A stretch of 63,749 nucleotides of DNA, the filler included, from Octopus bimaculoides (lineage: Eukaryota): NCBI RefSeq assembly GCF_001194135.2. It is 8 parts of 6 records of this genome, joined end to end, with 100 filler letters (N's around TTAATTAATTAA, not from the genome) between each part and the next. Parts side by side here need not be neighbours in the genome. Positions count along the whole stretch, not along the records: positions 41,196 to 54,624 come from NC_069002.1; positions 54,725 to 59,101 come from NC_069009.1; positions 59,202 to 62,513 come from NC_068992.1; positions 62,614 to 63,749 come from NC_068985.1; 4 more parts are not named here. One strand, given 5' to 3'. Positions 48,731 through 62,729 of this stretch are shown here, one piece after another (the first letter of the stretch is position 1; every line of letters starts with the position of its first letter). Both the position numbers and the translations under genes were made by a program. Below the pieces are notes generated by a model. The model was not told the DNA's origin, ran no database searches, and saw nothing but the letters and a program-made list of their open reading frames with translations.

Positions 48731-50035
48731 TTGCTTGTGTTTGTCTGTAATGATGCTCTTCATGTCAACTGATGGATAAGTTCCTATTGGAGTGTGTGTC
48801 CTGTTTTAGCTCGTATATACCATGTGACCACAGCCTGAGTATTGCAAGAAGGCACCTATTGTCTTTGTTGTTGTTATTGCATGAAACGTATTTGGGGCTC
48901 ATGAGATCATTCCCTGCGTTCATTAAACAATATTTATCTCTCATCAAATGGAGTACATTTTTGGTGATGTTACCTTCTTGGAACAGCATGTCATACCTGT
49001 GTGTGTGTGTATGCATGTGTGTCTTGTGTGCGTGCGTGTGTGTATGTATGTATATATGCATGCATGTATGTATGTATGTATGGATGGATGGATGGATGGA
49101 TGGATGGATGGATGGACAGATTGATGTATACATATGGATGGATAGAAGAATGGATATTTGTGTATGTATGGTGTATGCGTGCGTACATAAGTGAGTGTGA
49201 GTGTGTGCATGTGTGTAAATGCACGTGTGGCTTTGTGTGTGTGTAGGTTTCTTTTGTTGTAGGTTTCTTATTTACCATATGCAATAACGAAATGAAAATT
49301 GACCCGTAAAACTCCCATTCTAGTAGCCCAGCATGAACTATGAATTTGACCGCTTTTGCAAATATATGTTCATTTGCTAATTTCTTTTTTTTTTCAAATA
49401 ATACTTACTTTTACAGCAACGCATACTTTTAGAAACGGATCATAAAAAAAGAAAAAATATTGATCTTCAACTTCGAACTTCAACGACCATTTTGCTGCTT
49501 GTTTTTCTTTTGCAAAACTGTACACCTGCAATAAATAAAAAAAAAGAACAAACAAAAAAAAACAAATGTGTCGACTATATACCCAACCGTATTCCGAAAT
49601 TTATCCGAATGTCTGAAATCTTGCGGAATAATAGTTTTTCTCTTCTTGTAGTCATGTTTTCTTGTTCTAAAATGCATCAAAACCTTATATTTTCAGTTAG
49701 AGATAATAATGTGATTTATACATTCATATCCGTTCAATTAATTTCCCATCAAAAACATATTTATTTTATGTTCATATGCGAGGAAATGAACCAATCTGTT
49801 ATAAACGTCATTAAGACAAATGAAAGACAAAAATCTTAAGTATTTACTGTGGCTTGCTTTATTACATTTATAACTTATGTGATATGCATTTCACATAGAA
49901 AATTTCACTGAATTAAAGATGTTAAAAAATATCCGACGTATAGAGAAATATAAATATGTTTTGCAGAATAGCTGACTTCATTGGACGAGAAGTCTTAGTT
50001 CGCAAGGAGAGACTTTCATTTTCTATATGAAAACA

Positions 50036-51256
50036 TTGGATTATCCCATAAATAATGTGGATTTTTATATTTCTTTTATTTTTCAAGATTAAGATGAGCA
50101 AATTTCTTTTTAATCTAAAATATAGTCGCCTTCATTTTCTACAATGCTCTTTCATGTACCTGGTAGATTCGCAAGGCCCCTCTTCTAAAATTCTGTTGTT
50201 CGTGACGAAAAATACTCAAAATGATTTTCAAGAGTGCAGAATAAATGATAATCAGATGGGGCAATGTCCAGCAAATAGGGTGGGTGGGCATCGTTTTCCA
50301 TTAACTCTGATCCAGCCTTTCGAATGTCATCCTCGCTATATGTGACCGAGCATTACTCTGATGGAGGAACACCTTTCGTCTTGATATCAGAAATGGTCGT
50401 CTTTCTTCTAGCCCTGACTTAAACCGCTCAAGCTGCTCGCAGTAGGTCGCACTTGTTATCATTTTGCTTGGGTTTAAAAGTTCTAAATGGACTAAACCTT
50501 TCATATCCTACCAAACAGTTAGCAACACCTTACGTGGCTGAAGAACTTCTTTAGCCTGGGATGCCGATGTTTCGCCTTTCCATGCCCACTGCCTTCGGCG
50601 CTTGACATTTTTATAGAGGACCCATTTCGCGTCACCAGTCATTATTCAGTCCGAAAACGGTTCATTCGTGAGAGGTGTCAGCAAAGAAGAGAACACATTC
50701 ACTCTGTGCGTAGGATTATACTCGGAAAGTTTGTGAGGAATCTACTGACCCAATTTGCTGACATTTCCGATGGCATGCAGGTGTCGATGAATGATTCAAT
50801 GAGCAAATCCAAGCTTCTCTGCTAGTTACGATGGGATTTGTTTGTTCCACCAGGGTTTGCAAGATGTCCTCGCTGACTTCTGATCTTCCAGGACGAGGAT
50901 CGTCTTCTAGATCGTAGTTTCCGGCTCTGGATGTCTGGAACCACCGTTGACACTAGATTACGCATATTGTCCGATCCCCATAAACTGCACTGATATTCCT
51001 CTCACTTCCCGTTGCGTTGTTGCCTTTATTGAACTCATAAAGCAAAATATGCCGAATATGCTCCTTTGTCACTTCCATTATAGCTTTGAAAAAATAACTG
51101 TTAAAATCGAACTGCTCTCTTCAAAACTTTTGCTAGAAATAAGGACAAGGTAAAATTACTACCTGCTTTTATAGCAAGTTGATGCAGATGGCTTATTCCT
51201 CCGAATTTTAGTTCATGAAATTGAAAAAAACCCACATTAATTATGGGATAACTCAA
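50036..51256 (-). mobile_element. Near full-length degenerate mariner (DD34D-type) element
   Basis: About 28-bp TIRs ttggattatcccataaataatgtggattttt / aaaaaacccacattaattatgggataactcaa|TA. Transposase from ATG 51078: MEVTKEHIRHILLYEFNKG, TGDAKWVLYKN, MKGLVHLELL..YCEQLERF..FLHQSNARSH. Stops and frameshifts present. Confidence 0.9.
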
Positions 51257-53121
51257 TAGATTGATGTATACAGTTGGCCATATGAAATTTGCATATTTTA
51301 ACAGAGAGGGTTAAGGAAAATAACTCAGAGTAAATCACTCAGAGTACCTAAGTTTAGATAATGGTCTCAATGAAGCAGCATCAAGTGTCTCCAGCTGTGT
51401 TGTGATTGGAGGCAGGATCACTTTCCTCAGCGTATAAATCAAACTGAGAATGTATTGTTAATACCATGAAATTATCTTACAATATGATTGCTGATAATAA
51501 TAAGTAAGATTTATCCATCTGTGTCGGATTCAGAAGAGAGTAAATAAAGATGTTAATGCGCATGACATGAGATATGTACCGCTGTAATCATATGTATGTA
51601 TGTGTGCGTGTGTGCGTGTATGTGTATATGTGTTTGAGTGTGTGTGCGTGTGTGAACAACTTTGCCAACGGTGTCTTGTTTTCAATATACCCGTATTCAT
51701 GTACGAAAAATTGTTGATGATCGTATATGGATGCATTCTGTGAAATATATTCACGCAATGAAGTAATCAATGATGTGGTTGTACGTTATAGTTTCATATG
51801 GAAACACTGTCATGTATAGTGTTCCCATGTACATATACGTTCCCTCTTTCTGTCCGTCCTTTCCTTACTATCTTACTTATGCGACTACCTGTATACTTGG
51901 AAGTATTATACTCCTGGATGCAGTAGATTTAATATATGGGAAATAAGCTGGTTCTTCACAGCGCTTATCAGACCTTCCTGTTTCAGGATCTCTTTCAGGC
52001 AACGAAATGGAAAGGCGTACGAGCGATTGATGAAATTCAGCGCAGTTTTTGTCGACAAAATTATACTCATACGTCAAAGGTCAACCGATAAAACTAAGCG
52101 CCTTATTGTTGCAGCTGGGTTCCTAACATACTGCACAGTGGGATCGAAATCAAAACCTTTCTATTCAGATCATATTTCTTAGCCAAATGGTGACTGTGAA
52201 AAGACTTCAAAATTTCCACACTTATCTCACTTTACTCACAGAATCATAACAAGCTGATGAAGTGTTCTGAACGGTTAAGGAAATTTTATGCATATATGTA
52301 TAAGAAGTAATTTCCCTAACGAAAACTGTCTGGCAAATAATGTTCTACGTTAATATTCAGTTTCAGATCATGTTTCTGATTGTCAACTTCACATATTCAG
52401 GTGATTTAAATATTTAAATAATTTATTTTGAGCATATATTTGATGTTCAAAATCTTAAGGGTTCCAAATTACATTATATATTCCTGACAGTAATCCCGCT
52501 TATTCTCCCTCCTTCTCCCTCTCTCCTTATCCCCCCTCTCTCGCTCTCGCTCTCTTATTTCGCATTTATTGTTGCCTGCTGTTCTGCTGTACGAAGTATG
52601 TTCACATACATGCGCATACATATCACATACGTACAGATACGCATACGAGCCTGAATGCATACACGCCCACGCAATACTCTCTCTCTCTCACACACACACA
52701 TATAGTGAGCAAGTACCTTACGAGAACTCGATTCAGGTTCTGGCTAACCACATCGAATGACTTGGAAGAACGCGAAATTGTTTAAGGTAAACAATCACTC
52801 AGTATTTCACCCTATTAGTAAATGCAAATTCTGAGATTGCTTTATTGAAATTTTAACGTTATATGTATATTATGTATATATATATATATACATACATATA
52901 TACATACATGCGTACATATGTGTGTATGTATGCGTGTCACAGGGGGGTATATGCAGTCAAACGCCCAGATTATGCACAATTTGTCCACAACTCTTAAGAG
53001 CAAGCTATGAACACATGCATGTCATCGTATAAACTACATACACGCTCGCTGGTATGCAAGTCACTTGAATAAGATGTATGTCTTTGGTTGGGCAATTTAA
53101 ATTAGTGTCAGATGGAAATTT

Positions 53122-54059
53122 GGATCTATTTTAAAACGGGGGCCACATTTTTCATTAATATTTTACGTAGTGTTTTTGGTACGGAAAGACTTTCACACTT
53201 CGTATACTTATCTATTTTGTGTTATAGAACAGAAAAATATCTTTGTATTCNNNNNNNNNNNNNNNNNNNNNNNNNNNNNNNNNNNNNNNNNNNNNNNNNN
53301 NNNNNNNNNNNNNNNNNNNNNNNNNNNNNNNNNNNNNNNNNNNNNNNNNNNNNNNNNNNNNNNNNNNNNNNNNNNNNNNNNNNNNNNNNNNNNNNNNNNN
53401 NNNNNNNNNNNNNNNNNNNNNNNNNNNNNNNNNNNNNNNNNNNNNNNNNNNNNNNNNNNNNNNNNNNNNNNNNNNNNNNNNNNNNNNNNNNNNNNNNNNN
53501 NNNNNNNNNNNNNNNNNNNNNNNNNNNNNNNNNNNNNNNNNNNNNNNNNNNNNNNNNNNNNNNNNNNNNNNNNNNNNNNNNNNNNNNNNNNNNNNNNNNN
53601 NNNNNNNNNNNNNNNNNNNNNNNNNNNNNNNNNNNNNNNNNNNNNNNNNNNNNNNNNNNNNNNNNNNNNNNNNNNNNNNNNNNNNNNNNNNNNNNNNNNN
53701 NNNNNNNNNNNNNNNNNNNNNNNNNNNNNNNNNNNNNNNNNNNNNNNNNNNNNNNNNNNNNNNNNNNNNNNNNNNNNNNNNNNNNNNNNNNNNNNNNNNN
53801 NNNNNNNNNNNNNNNNNNNNNNNNNNNNNNNNNNNNNNNNNNNNNNNNNNNNNNNNNNNNNNNTATCAGCTGAATGGACGTCAGTGATTGGTTGAAATTA
53901 CAGAAATACGACAACTTTAACATGGAATAACTGATGGATTTCTTTTTTTTTAAAGAAGACTAAGAGAAAAAGATGTTTTATATGACTCATTCTACCAGTG
54001 TTCCAAGTTTCAAAGTGTTTCGTTAATGAAAAATGTGGCCCCCGTTTTAAAAAAGATCC
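53122..54059. mobile_element. Non-autonomous TIR DNA transposon with 8-bp TSD (Merlin- or hAT-like)
   Basis: About 37-bp TIRs ggatct.ttttaaaacgggggccacatttttcattaa. TSD GGAAATTT at 53114-53121 and 54060-54067. The interior is partly a gap. Confidence 0.85.
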
Positions 54060-54583
54060 GGAAATTTATATGTTTTAATAAATATTGACAATATCAATTA
54101 CCGTTAACCGTTAAAGACAATAGAGAAAATGTAGTGGCTGAGGCCCGAATTTATATATCTGTTACCATACTTTCTAATAATTCACTATATTAAATTCACT
54201 ATAATGAATTGTGAAATTATAAACTGTAATGTTTCTCTCTCAACTTACGTTTTCAATTGAAATATTACATTGGATTATTCAGACATTTGTCATTAACTCT
54301 CTTCAAGTTAAATATAATTATGTTTTTTCCCCACCTCTTATTTTATATATACTTTCTCATAATTCATTTTAGCCTTGGAGTTATAATTAATATTTTTCTC
54401 ATAGTTTACGTCTTATATTTTACATTATAAATGCAAATAGTAATTTACTTAAGCAAAATATATTCAAAACAATTCCGACCAACAATATTTGTTTCTAAAC
54501 ATTTAATTTATAATGATCTTTCATCTAAAGAATATTTATTGACAAATGAAAATCACTTTGAAAGCTTATACAACAAGCACACA

Positions 54584-54624
<41 letters not shown>

Positions 54625-54724
54625 NNNNNNNNNNNNNNNNNNNNNNNNNNNNNNNNNNNNNNNNNNNNTTAATTAATTAANNNNNNNNNNNNNNNNNNNN
54701 NNNNNNNNNNNNNNNNNNNNNNNN
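54625..54724. other. Artificial scaffold spacer
   Basis: 44N-TTAATTAATTAA-44N. Confidence 0.9.
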
Positions 54725-55852
54725 TTCTCTTCCTTTATGTTTTCTTTCATTTGTGTGTGTTGTATCCTATGTAGTTCATTGATTCCTAATAATTTGTATG
54801 GCTGGCTTTCGTCTAGTTCTCTTATTGCATTGGCTTTATCTAGTGTTATATTGCTATTTTTAACTAATTTTTCTCTGTTCAGGGTTGCTTTAGCACATTT
54901 TTCTAATCCGAATTTCATATTTATTTCCTTGGTAAAGCCGTGTACTGTCTGTAGTAGTGTTTCTAGCTCTTTGTCATTTTTAGCATATAATTTTAAGTCA
55001 TCCATATATAAAAGGTGGCTGACTGTTTTTCCATAACATTTGTATCCGCATCCAGTTCTATTTAGTAATTCAGTTAAAGGTGTGAGTAACAGGCAGTTCA
55101 AGAGTGGAGAGAGCGTTTCTCCCTGGAATATTCCTCTTCTAATGGGGATGGCTTTCGTTTTCACGAGTCCCTGTTTTGTTTGGAGCTGTAGCACTGTCTG
55201 CCATTTATTCATAGAGTGCCTTATGTACTTTATAATAATTGGTGCCACCTTCTTTATGGCTAGTGTTTCCAGAATCTACGCGTGGGGAACACTGTCAAAA
55301 TCCTTTTGGTTGTCCACCCAGGCCATACTGAGGCCTTTCTTCTTTCTGCGATATTATTGCAGTACAGTCTTTGTAGATCGTAGGGAGACAGGTTATTGGT
55401 CTATAGTTTTGTGGTTTCTCCGTTTCCGTGGATTTGGGAATTAAGCTGTTTTTCCCTTTCGTGAGATATTCAGGCATTGTCTCTGGGTCTGCTAGTATGT
55501 TGTTAAAGATTTCTGCCAGATTTTTGTGCATTCCTGTCAGGTGTTTTAACCAGAAATTGTGGATCTTGTCGTGTCCAGGTGCCTTCCAGTTGCTTAGTCT
55601 TTGCATTGTCTGGGTGACCTCTTCAGTTGTTATAGGGGGCCAGAGTTGCTCAGGTGCTAAGTTCGTTGTTTTAATGGTACTTTTCTGAGGTTGTTGCTTT
55701 ACCGACCATATTTGTTTCCAGAATTCTTCCAGTTCTTCTGCTGTTACTGCTGCAGTAATGTCTACTTTATTTTTACTCTGTTCTTGGTAGAGTATTTTTG
55801 GGGTTGGATTTGAACTGTTTGTTTTGTTCAAAGAAACGTTGGCGTTTCTCAT
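54725..55852 (-). mobile_element. R4/Dong-type LINE, RT domain (5'-truncated, 3' cut by spacer)
   Basis: EELEEFWKQIW, NWKAPGHDKIHNFWLK, NYRPITCLPTIYK, RRGIFQGETLSPLL, SHLLYMDDLKLYAK, MKFGLEKCA. An internal deletion or frameshift lies at about 55300. Confidence 0.92.
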
Positions 55853-55879
55853 ATTATTATTATAATTATTATTATTATA

Positions 55880-55947
<68 letters not shown>
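55853..55947. repeat. (TTA)n tract between two R4/Dong copies
   Basis: About 32 units. It is the (AAT)n tail of the upstream copy on the minus strand. Confidence 0.9.
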
Positions 55948-55948
<1 letters not shown>

Positions 55949-55949
55949 A

Positions 55950-58760
55950 ATTTGATGTTTAAATTGTATTAGTACCAGTCGACTCCGAGCTTCACCCACA
56001 GACATCGAGACACATAAAGTTAAAATTTCGAGTGGGTGATATACCTATGGTGCTCTTATTTGGTTTTCCACAAAGTAGTTTTCTAGAGAATGTTCAAGAA
56101 ATCAAGAAAATTATTATAATTTTCTTTCTAAATTGCAAATTACATAGACAGTATTTTACGTAGGTCATGGGCAGTGCCCACGAGCACTAATTTCCGAGTT
56201 TTGGAATTTCTGGCATGCTTATATTGTCTGCTATCTGAGATAGGTAGCAATAAATCTTACGGTACCTACGTTTAGCGGTATTGTTTTAGTCTTCAGGTCC
56301 CATATTTTGACAATTTCTATTTAAAAATCTTTATACTTGCTGAGTTTTTGGTAGCTCTTGACTGATACATTTATGTCGATTGAGACATTTATATCAATGA
56401 GAAGGCACCATTTTTGCCTGAAGTCAATCAATTTAATGTTTGTCTATTCACATCTATCTTTCTCTCACTTTGAATGGTGAAGTTCCAGAGGTGTGAAATG
56501 TGGTCAATTTCAAGCACAGGAGGTGGTTTGTGTTCCGACCAGATTTCATCATAGGGCAAGTCCAAGTTTTTTGCAAACTACCCAGTTGATATGCTGTGCT
56601 GCTCTATCCCAGCTGTTGAGACACTCTGTGGGAGCAAAAGGACTGCAAATGGAGACAACATGATCAATGGTTTCATTTGCTTGTTCACATACACGACATG
56701 TTGCACGACTGCCTTTCTTCAATATGTTCACCTGGTAGCTCCTTGTAGGTAGGCATTAATCATTGGCTGTATGATTAATCCCCCTTTTCCTGATTTGAAG
56801 CTAGAAGACGTTAACCATTGACTCTAACTTCGGCATTTTTAGCTCTCTGGGTATTTACCATTAAGAGGATTTTGTCCTTATCAGTAAGAATATCTAAGGC
56901 AGCTGTTTTACTACGGGTTTTCATTCGCTTAGTTTTTATTGTGCTTGTATCCTGTACATCTAATTCTGGGATTTGTTGTGTTTGGAATTGATTTAGATAT
57001 TTCCGTTTTGTTACTGAGTATGGTGTTTGGAATTGATTTAGATATTTCTGTTTTGTTACTGAGTATGGTGTTCTCTTGTTTTCGTACTTTATAACGAGTT
57101 TTATCGTCCAATCACCAGAGTTTGTCAGCAAGGTGTTTTGGCGAATTGTGAAAATCTTCATTTTAATTCCATTCGTGAAAGTCTGCGATTACGCTCTTTT
57201 CTTGGCAGGTAAAATCTGTCTATATCTGCCTTAGTGTGGTGCATTTTATGCATTGTCAACAATGTCAGAAATTGCCCATTTAAGAATATTGAAACTGTAC
57301 CTCAAGACCAATATGGCTAAAGTATAGATCACTTCAATCTTCATTCTTGCATTCAGCTCTGTCTTGAGAATTGCACTTACCCTGCGATGGAATTTTCTTC
57401 TGAACCTTTCCATCATCATTGAATGTTTGATTCTATCACATTCAAATACCTGTAACTGTTTGTACCCATCCGCTGGATCTAACTCTTTTACGACATTTTG
57501 TTGGTCAAGATTATCGTTGGATGTTTATATCATTTTTCCTTTGATTAAGGTAGCTTGTGCACATTTGACGAAGCCAAATTTCATTCTGATGTCATCCCTG
57601 AATTGTTTAACAATTGGTAATAACCTAGTAGTTGGTCATTTTTTGCAACGAGCATTAAATCGATCCATGTTTAAGATATGATTTATATTTATATGAAACA
57701 TTTTATATCGTATGAAACATTTTATATTATACAACCTTGAGCAATATCGAGAGAGTTATTAAGGTTGTGCACAAGAGTAGCGGTGATAGCCGGTCGCCTT
57801 GGAAAATGCCAAATGAAATTCTTACATCTTTTGCCTTGAGATATTCATTGGCACTATTCAAAGTAAGTGTGGTTCTTCATGAACTCATACTTACAGACAA
57901 GACGTTTCGCAGAGTAGGTGCTATTTTATAAATTTACATACGATACTTAATCCAGCTAAGTGGCAGTGTATCAAAAGCGATTTTATAGTCCAGACTATCG
58001 ACAAATTCATGTGTCGTGATTGACAATATCCTTGGTTATTTACAGGTGTTGGGCAAAATAATGTAAACACCTTAGAATTAATTTTAATATGGTGCTGCTC
58101 CCGACGAACAGTTTTTTGTGGAAACTGGGTTCTGCAGTAATTTTGGGAGCCGTACAGGTTATCGGTCTATAATGTTTTGGTTTATTTGTTTCTTCAGTTT
58201 TTGGAAGTAGGAATGTAACACCTTTAACTAACCAATAGGGAATCATACTAGGTTGTTGCAAAACATTTTACTGAAGTGTTATTAGCAATGCATCATTCTC
58301 CGGGAAGACATTCAAACAGAAGTTAAGATTTTTAAAATTTTCCTGGAGACTTCCATTTGCTTGATTTCCTGAGAGTTAATCTTACATCGTCTCCCTTTAC
58401 ACTCTCCCACCTTTGATTTTCTAATGAGTCTAAATCAGTAGATATTTTATCAACTCAAGAGACCCGTTTATTGTATGTTTTCCTCATTCCCAATTTTCAT
58501 TCCAAAATTCCTGCACTTCTTTCAGAGAAGAGACATTACTGTATCTGGTATTTTCCCTATCCCTCTGCAAAATATTTTGGGGTTGTTTTTTAACATGTTT
58601 TCCGTGAAGAATCTCACGCGTTTTACAAACCGTGCTATGCTTAATAATGTCTATGGTTGTAACGATGTCAAGAATGGTTTTTATATTCTACTTTACCATA
58701 AATTTTCGATAGTAAGCCTTAAGAACTTATTATTTCCCCTTGACAAATTTTCATTATTTT
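55950..58760 (-). mobile_element. Older degenerate R4/Dong-type LINE: RT, CCHC knuckle, RLE and 3' UTR
   Basis: EVQEFWNENW, KPKHYRPITC, GIFQGDRLSPLL, MKFGFVKCAQATL, CRVCEQANETIDHVVSIC, CLLIDINVSID..KLSKYKD..WDLKTKTIPLNVG, LRKILSM* at about 56140. Contains a 45-bp tandem duplication at about 56977-57066. Confidence 0.88.
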
Positions 58761-58884
58761 CTCTTGGTTATTTAATGACAGGCGTGGAGGGCCATCTGTT
58801 GGAATATGTCGGTTGTAGGGTATTTCCGCTCCTGTGTTTCGGGAGGTATTGTACAAATACAAAGCAAAAGACAACCATATACTG

Positions 58885-58895
58885 ATAATAATGAC

Positions 58896-58948
<53 letters not shown>

Positions 58949-59000
58949 CGATGAGGATGAGGATGATAATAATGATGATGATGATGAGGTTGATGATGAT
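58885..59000. repeat. (GAT)n microsatellite
   Basis: Direct inspection. Confidence 0.9.
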
Positions 59001-59101
59001 ACAAATAAATTCCCTGAGGCAGCACCAGGCAATGGCTCTCATGGCTTTTCATCTTAACTGATTGGAAGTGTTAACATGCACATTGTTTTGTCTTGATATA
59101 A

Positions 59102-59201
59102 NNNNNNNNNNNNNNNNNNNNNNNNNNNNNNNNNNNNNNNNNNNNTTAATTAATTAANNNNNNNNNNNNNNNNNNNNNNNNNNNNNNNNNNNNNNNNNNN
59201 N
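59102..59201. other. Artificial scaffold spacer
   Basis: 44N-TTAATTAATTAA-44N. Confidence 0.9.
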
Positions 59202-59908
59202 TAGCATTTACGTAAATACATGTATAAATTCTTCCATTTGATACCATTATATTCACTATCGATAATAATAATAATAATAGATAGTAATGATAATAATAAT
59301 AATAATAATAACAAAGAAGAAGAACAACAACAAGAAGATGACGAAGAAGAAGAATATGATAATGACAATGATAAAATAATAATAAAATGAAGACCAAGGT
59401 TATAGATACTTTACAGAAAATTGTGTTTTGTATTTTTAATTCGTATAAACTGTTTTGTTATGATTTTGTTTTTCATTACTTTTGGTTTCCTTGAAGGTAA
59501 AATTTGATTTAAAAGGAATATAATATATAAACAAACAAAAAAATAACAAAAACTAAAAGAAAATAAAAAAAAGGTACTTGTGGTAAATCTACAGATCTTT
59601 GCAAACCTCTAGAAGCTTGTTACGATTATATTTTTTTAAGATATTAATAATTACTTCTAGCCCTTACCCTCTGTGTATTCTTTTATGTTCTGTGATATCA
59701 ACTTGTACAGAATCTCTGTTATTTGCAAGATGTGGGAGGGATAAAACTCCTCCCGTTCATTATAGAATTGTACAATTAAGTTGGTTATTAATGACATCAT
59801 GGTTTATTTGTTGTTGTTATTTTCTACATTTGTTTAAAAAAAAATCAATAATTTTAAATAAATAATAAAATAATGATTATTAATTAAGAAACGTTTTAGA
59901 TAAATCCG

Positions 59909-59964
<56 letters not shown>

Positions 59965-60419
59965 TCTCTCTCTTTCTCTATCTCTATTTCTATCTATCTC
60001 TTTCATTTGAATTCTATCTATCAATGCTAGCTAATATATATATGTTTTTCTTCAGATTTTATCTTCAGTTATTTATCAATTCTATTATAATATACCATGT
60101 TCCGAAGACACGTACCGAGCTTCCATGTACGATGGAATGGTCGTTGTTATGAACTGAAAGCGTCCGAAAAAAATACTAGATCAATAAAGAAATGTATAAT
60201 ACTACACCTGGTTTATATAAATCACTGGTGTCTCTTTTGATAAATTCCCCGCAAAGAAAAATGGTTTGATTTCCTCAAATCAGACAGAAGGTTGTATGAT
60301 TATACTCCAAATCTTGTGGTTTTTTTCAGATCAAAGTAAAAAAGAACAATCTCTAACACAAAACGGTTGCCTCTTTTGATTTCACATTATTATTATTTTT
60401 TTTTTGTGATATATATATA

Positions 60420-60457
<38 letters not shown>

Positions 60458-60671
60458 CACGCAGATACATACACATATATGCATTTATATATACTTATAT
60501 ATGTATGTAATATATATATATATATACAGATATAAATATGTAAATACACACTTATATACAAGCATACACACAAATGCATATGTACATGTACATTATACAT
60601 TATATATGCGTGTATATTTTCTGAATTTACCGGCGTGTGTGCACGCTTATTTACGCATTAGTATATGACTA

Positions 60672-60711
<40 letters not shown>

Positions 60712-60871
60712 CATACATATTTGTGTGTGCGCACGTGTGTGTATGTGTACATGCGTGTATAAATATGTACGTATGTATGTATGTCAAACATTCATTCTTT
60801 TATTTCTTTTTGACCTTTCTGCTTTGAATTTTGGTTTGACTGCAGCTTAATGATCAACCATTATTAGCACT

Positions 60872-60906
<35 letters not shown>

Positions 60907-61363
60907 TTATCATTATCTCTCAGATTTATTTGATAACATTATCTTCCTTCTACTAATATAAATGCTTTTCTGTCTACTCTCAAAGAAAAATATCATACAA
61001 CAAAAAGATTTAAAGGCATATTAGCATTTGTTACAGAAATAATAATAATAATAATAATGTACGTATGTATGTAAAACAAATATTTAAGTATGATGAATGT
61101 AAAAATAAAAGAGCTAGAAAAATTAAATGAAGGTGATTCTATAAAAGATATTATTAATCATAAAAACGTGATTAAAAATAATAAATAGCACAAGCAAAAC
61201 GTAGAATGTGTCTCTCTATTGGAGTTGCTGCCATCTTGTTTTCTTTTTGTATGTTAATTTTTACTACCTTCTCTTAATGTGTGACGACTTTCCCTGAATA
61301 ATGTGAACCTATATACAATAACAAAAAGTACAACTAGTATCAATACTATTACTGCTGCTGCTG

Positions 61364-61411
<48 letters not shown>

Positions 61412-62513
61412 ATGCTAATGAAGCTACTGGTACTGTTTCTATTGCTTCCGTTCTTGCTGTTGCTGCAATCTCCCGGGATCAACGGAGAAATTCCATTACA
61501 AATAGGAAACAATAATAATAGTCAATGTAACATTGTATCAGTTTTTCGGTCCGTTTCTGTCTTCCTTCCGATAGTCGACTTTCTTCCCTTTTCCTTCTTT
61601 TTTTTCTTTCTTTCTGATTTCAGGCATAAAGATAACTAATACTGAACTATTGAAAAACATTGTAAAATTCCTGGTATATATGGCTGTATTTTCATGCAGA
61701 TTTCATAATCGTATAGAGGTTTAAATCTGACAATTAGAACATCGGGAGCTACGGATCAGTTTGTCGTACCACATCGTTCGGCTGACCGCCTTCATCTGTA
61801 AATGTACTCTGTTACAGATGACCTAGAGCTACAGGGAAAAGAATATTTAATATTATGTTTAATAAATAAATTAAATGTCCTAGAATGTGCTAAATAGGCT
61901 GTTGTGTCAACGCCCCCAAGTGAAGAAGTAGGATCGTCCAAGACATATAAATAGAGGTAGTCTAGCCGTGGTAGAGGAGTTCAGTAGCTGTGGAGTAGCA
62001 GTCGTGTAGAGATCATCCGAAGGTGCTAGATAGCAGTAGCTTGAGACATAACATAGGCCATTCTATATCTACATGTATGTTTCGATGTTCATATCTCATC
62101 AATGCAAATTTCTGGACACCAAAAATTGTGTTTGAGTGTATAGATATTTGTGCATGTCAGTGTGAGTGTATGTCATTGGATATGCGTCAGTGTGTATGTG
62201 TGTGTGTGTGAGTGTGAGTGAATGTGCTTGAGAGAATACTTCAAGGATGCGTTTTACATACTAAATATAAAGTAGAGTTTGGTTGACGGAACTTTTTTTC
62301 TCCTATTGTCTAACATTTATAAATAATAAGATAACACAAAAAAAAGATCACATTAATGAATTTATTTTGCCAATGAAATCAACGCAAATAGCAAATTCAA
62401 CTAATGAAAATATTTAGATCTTATTAGATCTCCTTAATGAAATGTATCCTTCTCAGTTAAAAAGGTTAAGTGTGTTCACTATATATATTGGGCGTATGTA
62501 TATATATATATAT

Positions 62514-62613
62514 NNNNNNNNNNNNNNNNNNNNNNNNNNNNNNNNNNNNNNNNNNNNTTAATTAATTAANNNNNNNNNNNNNNNNNNNNNNNNNNNNNNN
62601 NNNNNNNNNNNNN
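62514..62613. other. Artificial scaffold spacer
   Basis: 44N-TTAATTAATTAA-44N. Confidence 0.9.
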
Positions 62614-62679
<66 letters not shown>

Positions 62680-62729
62680 TTAGAAATAAACTAGTTAAAG
62701 CGATCACACTACACACATATGTATATGTT

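Noticed and set aside
56255-56305. CTGAAGA...AAACGTA on the minus strand resembling a hammerhead
   Set aside because: There is no stem II or proper stem I, and the bases are the coding sequence WDLKTKTIPLNVG of the R4 endonuclease.
61900-62050. Solo LTR or promoter (TATAAATAGAG followed by a GC-richer stretch)
   Set aside because: No TG..CA termini, TSD or second copy is identifiable in the window.
62060-62110. Minus-strand TTGATGA-GAT..ATC-GAAA-CATACATGTA hammerhead-like motif
   Set aside because: C3 is missing, stem II is only 3 bp, and stem I cannot form.
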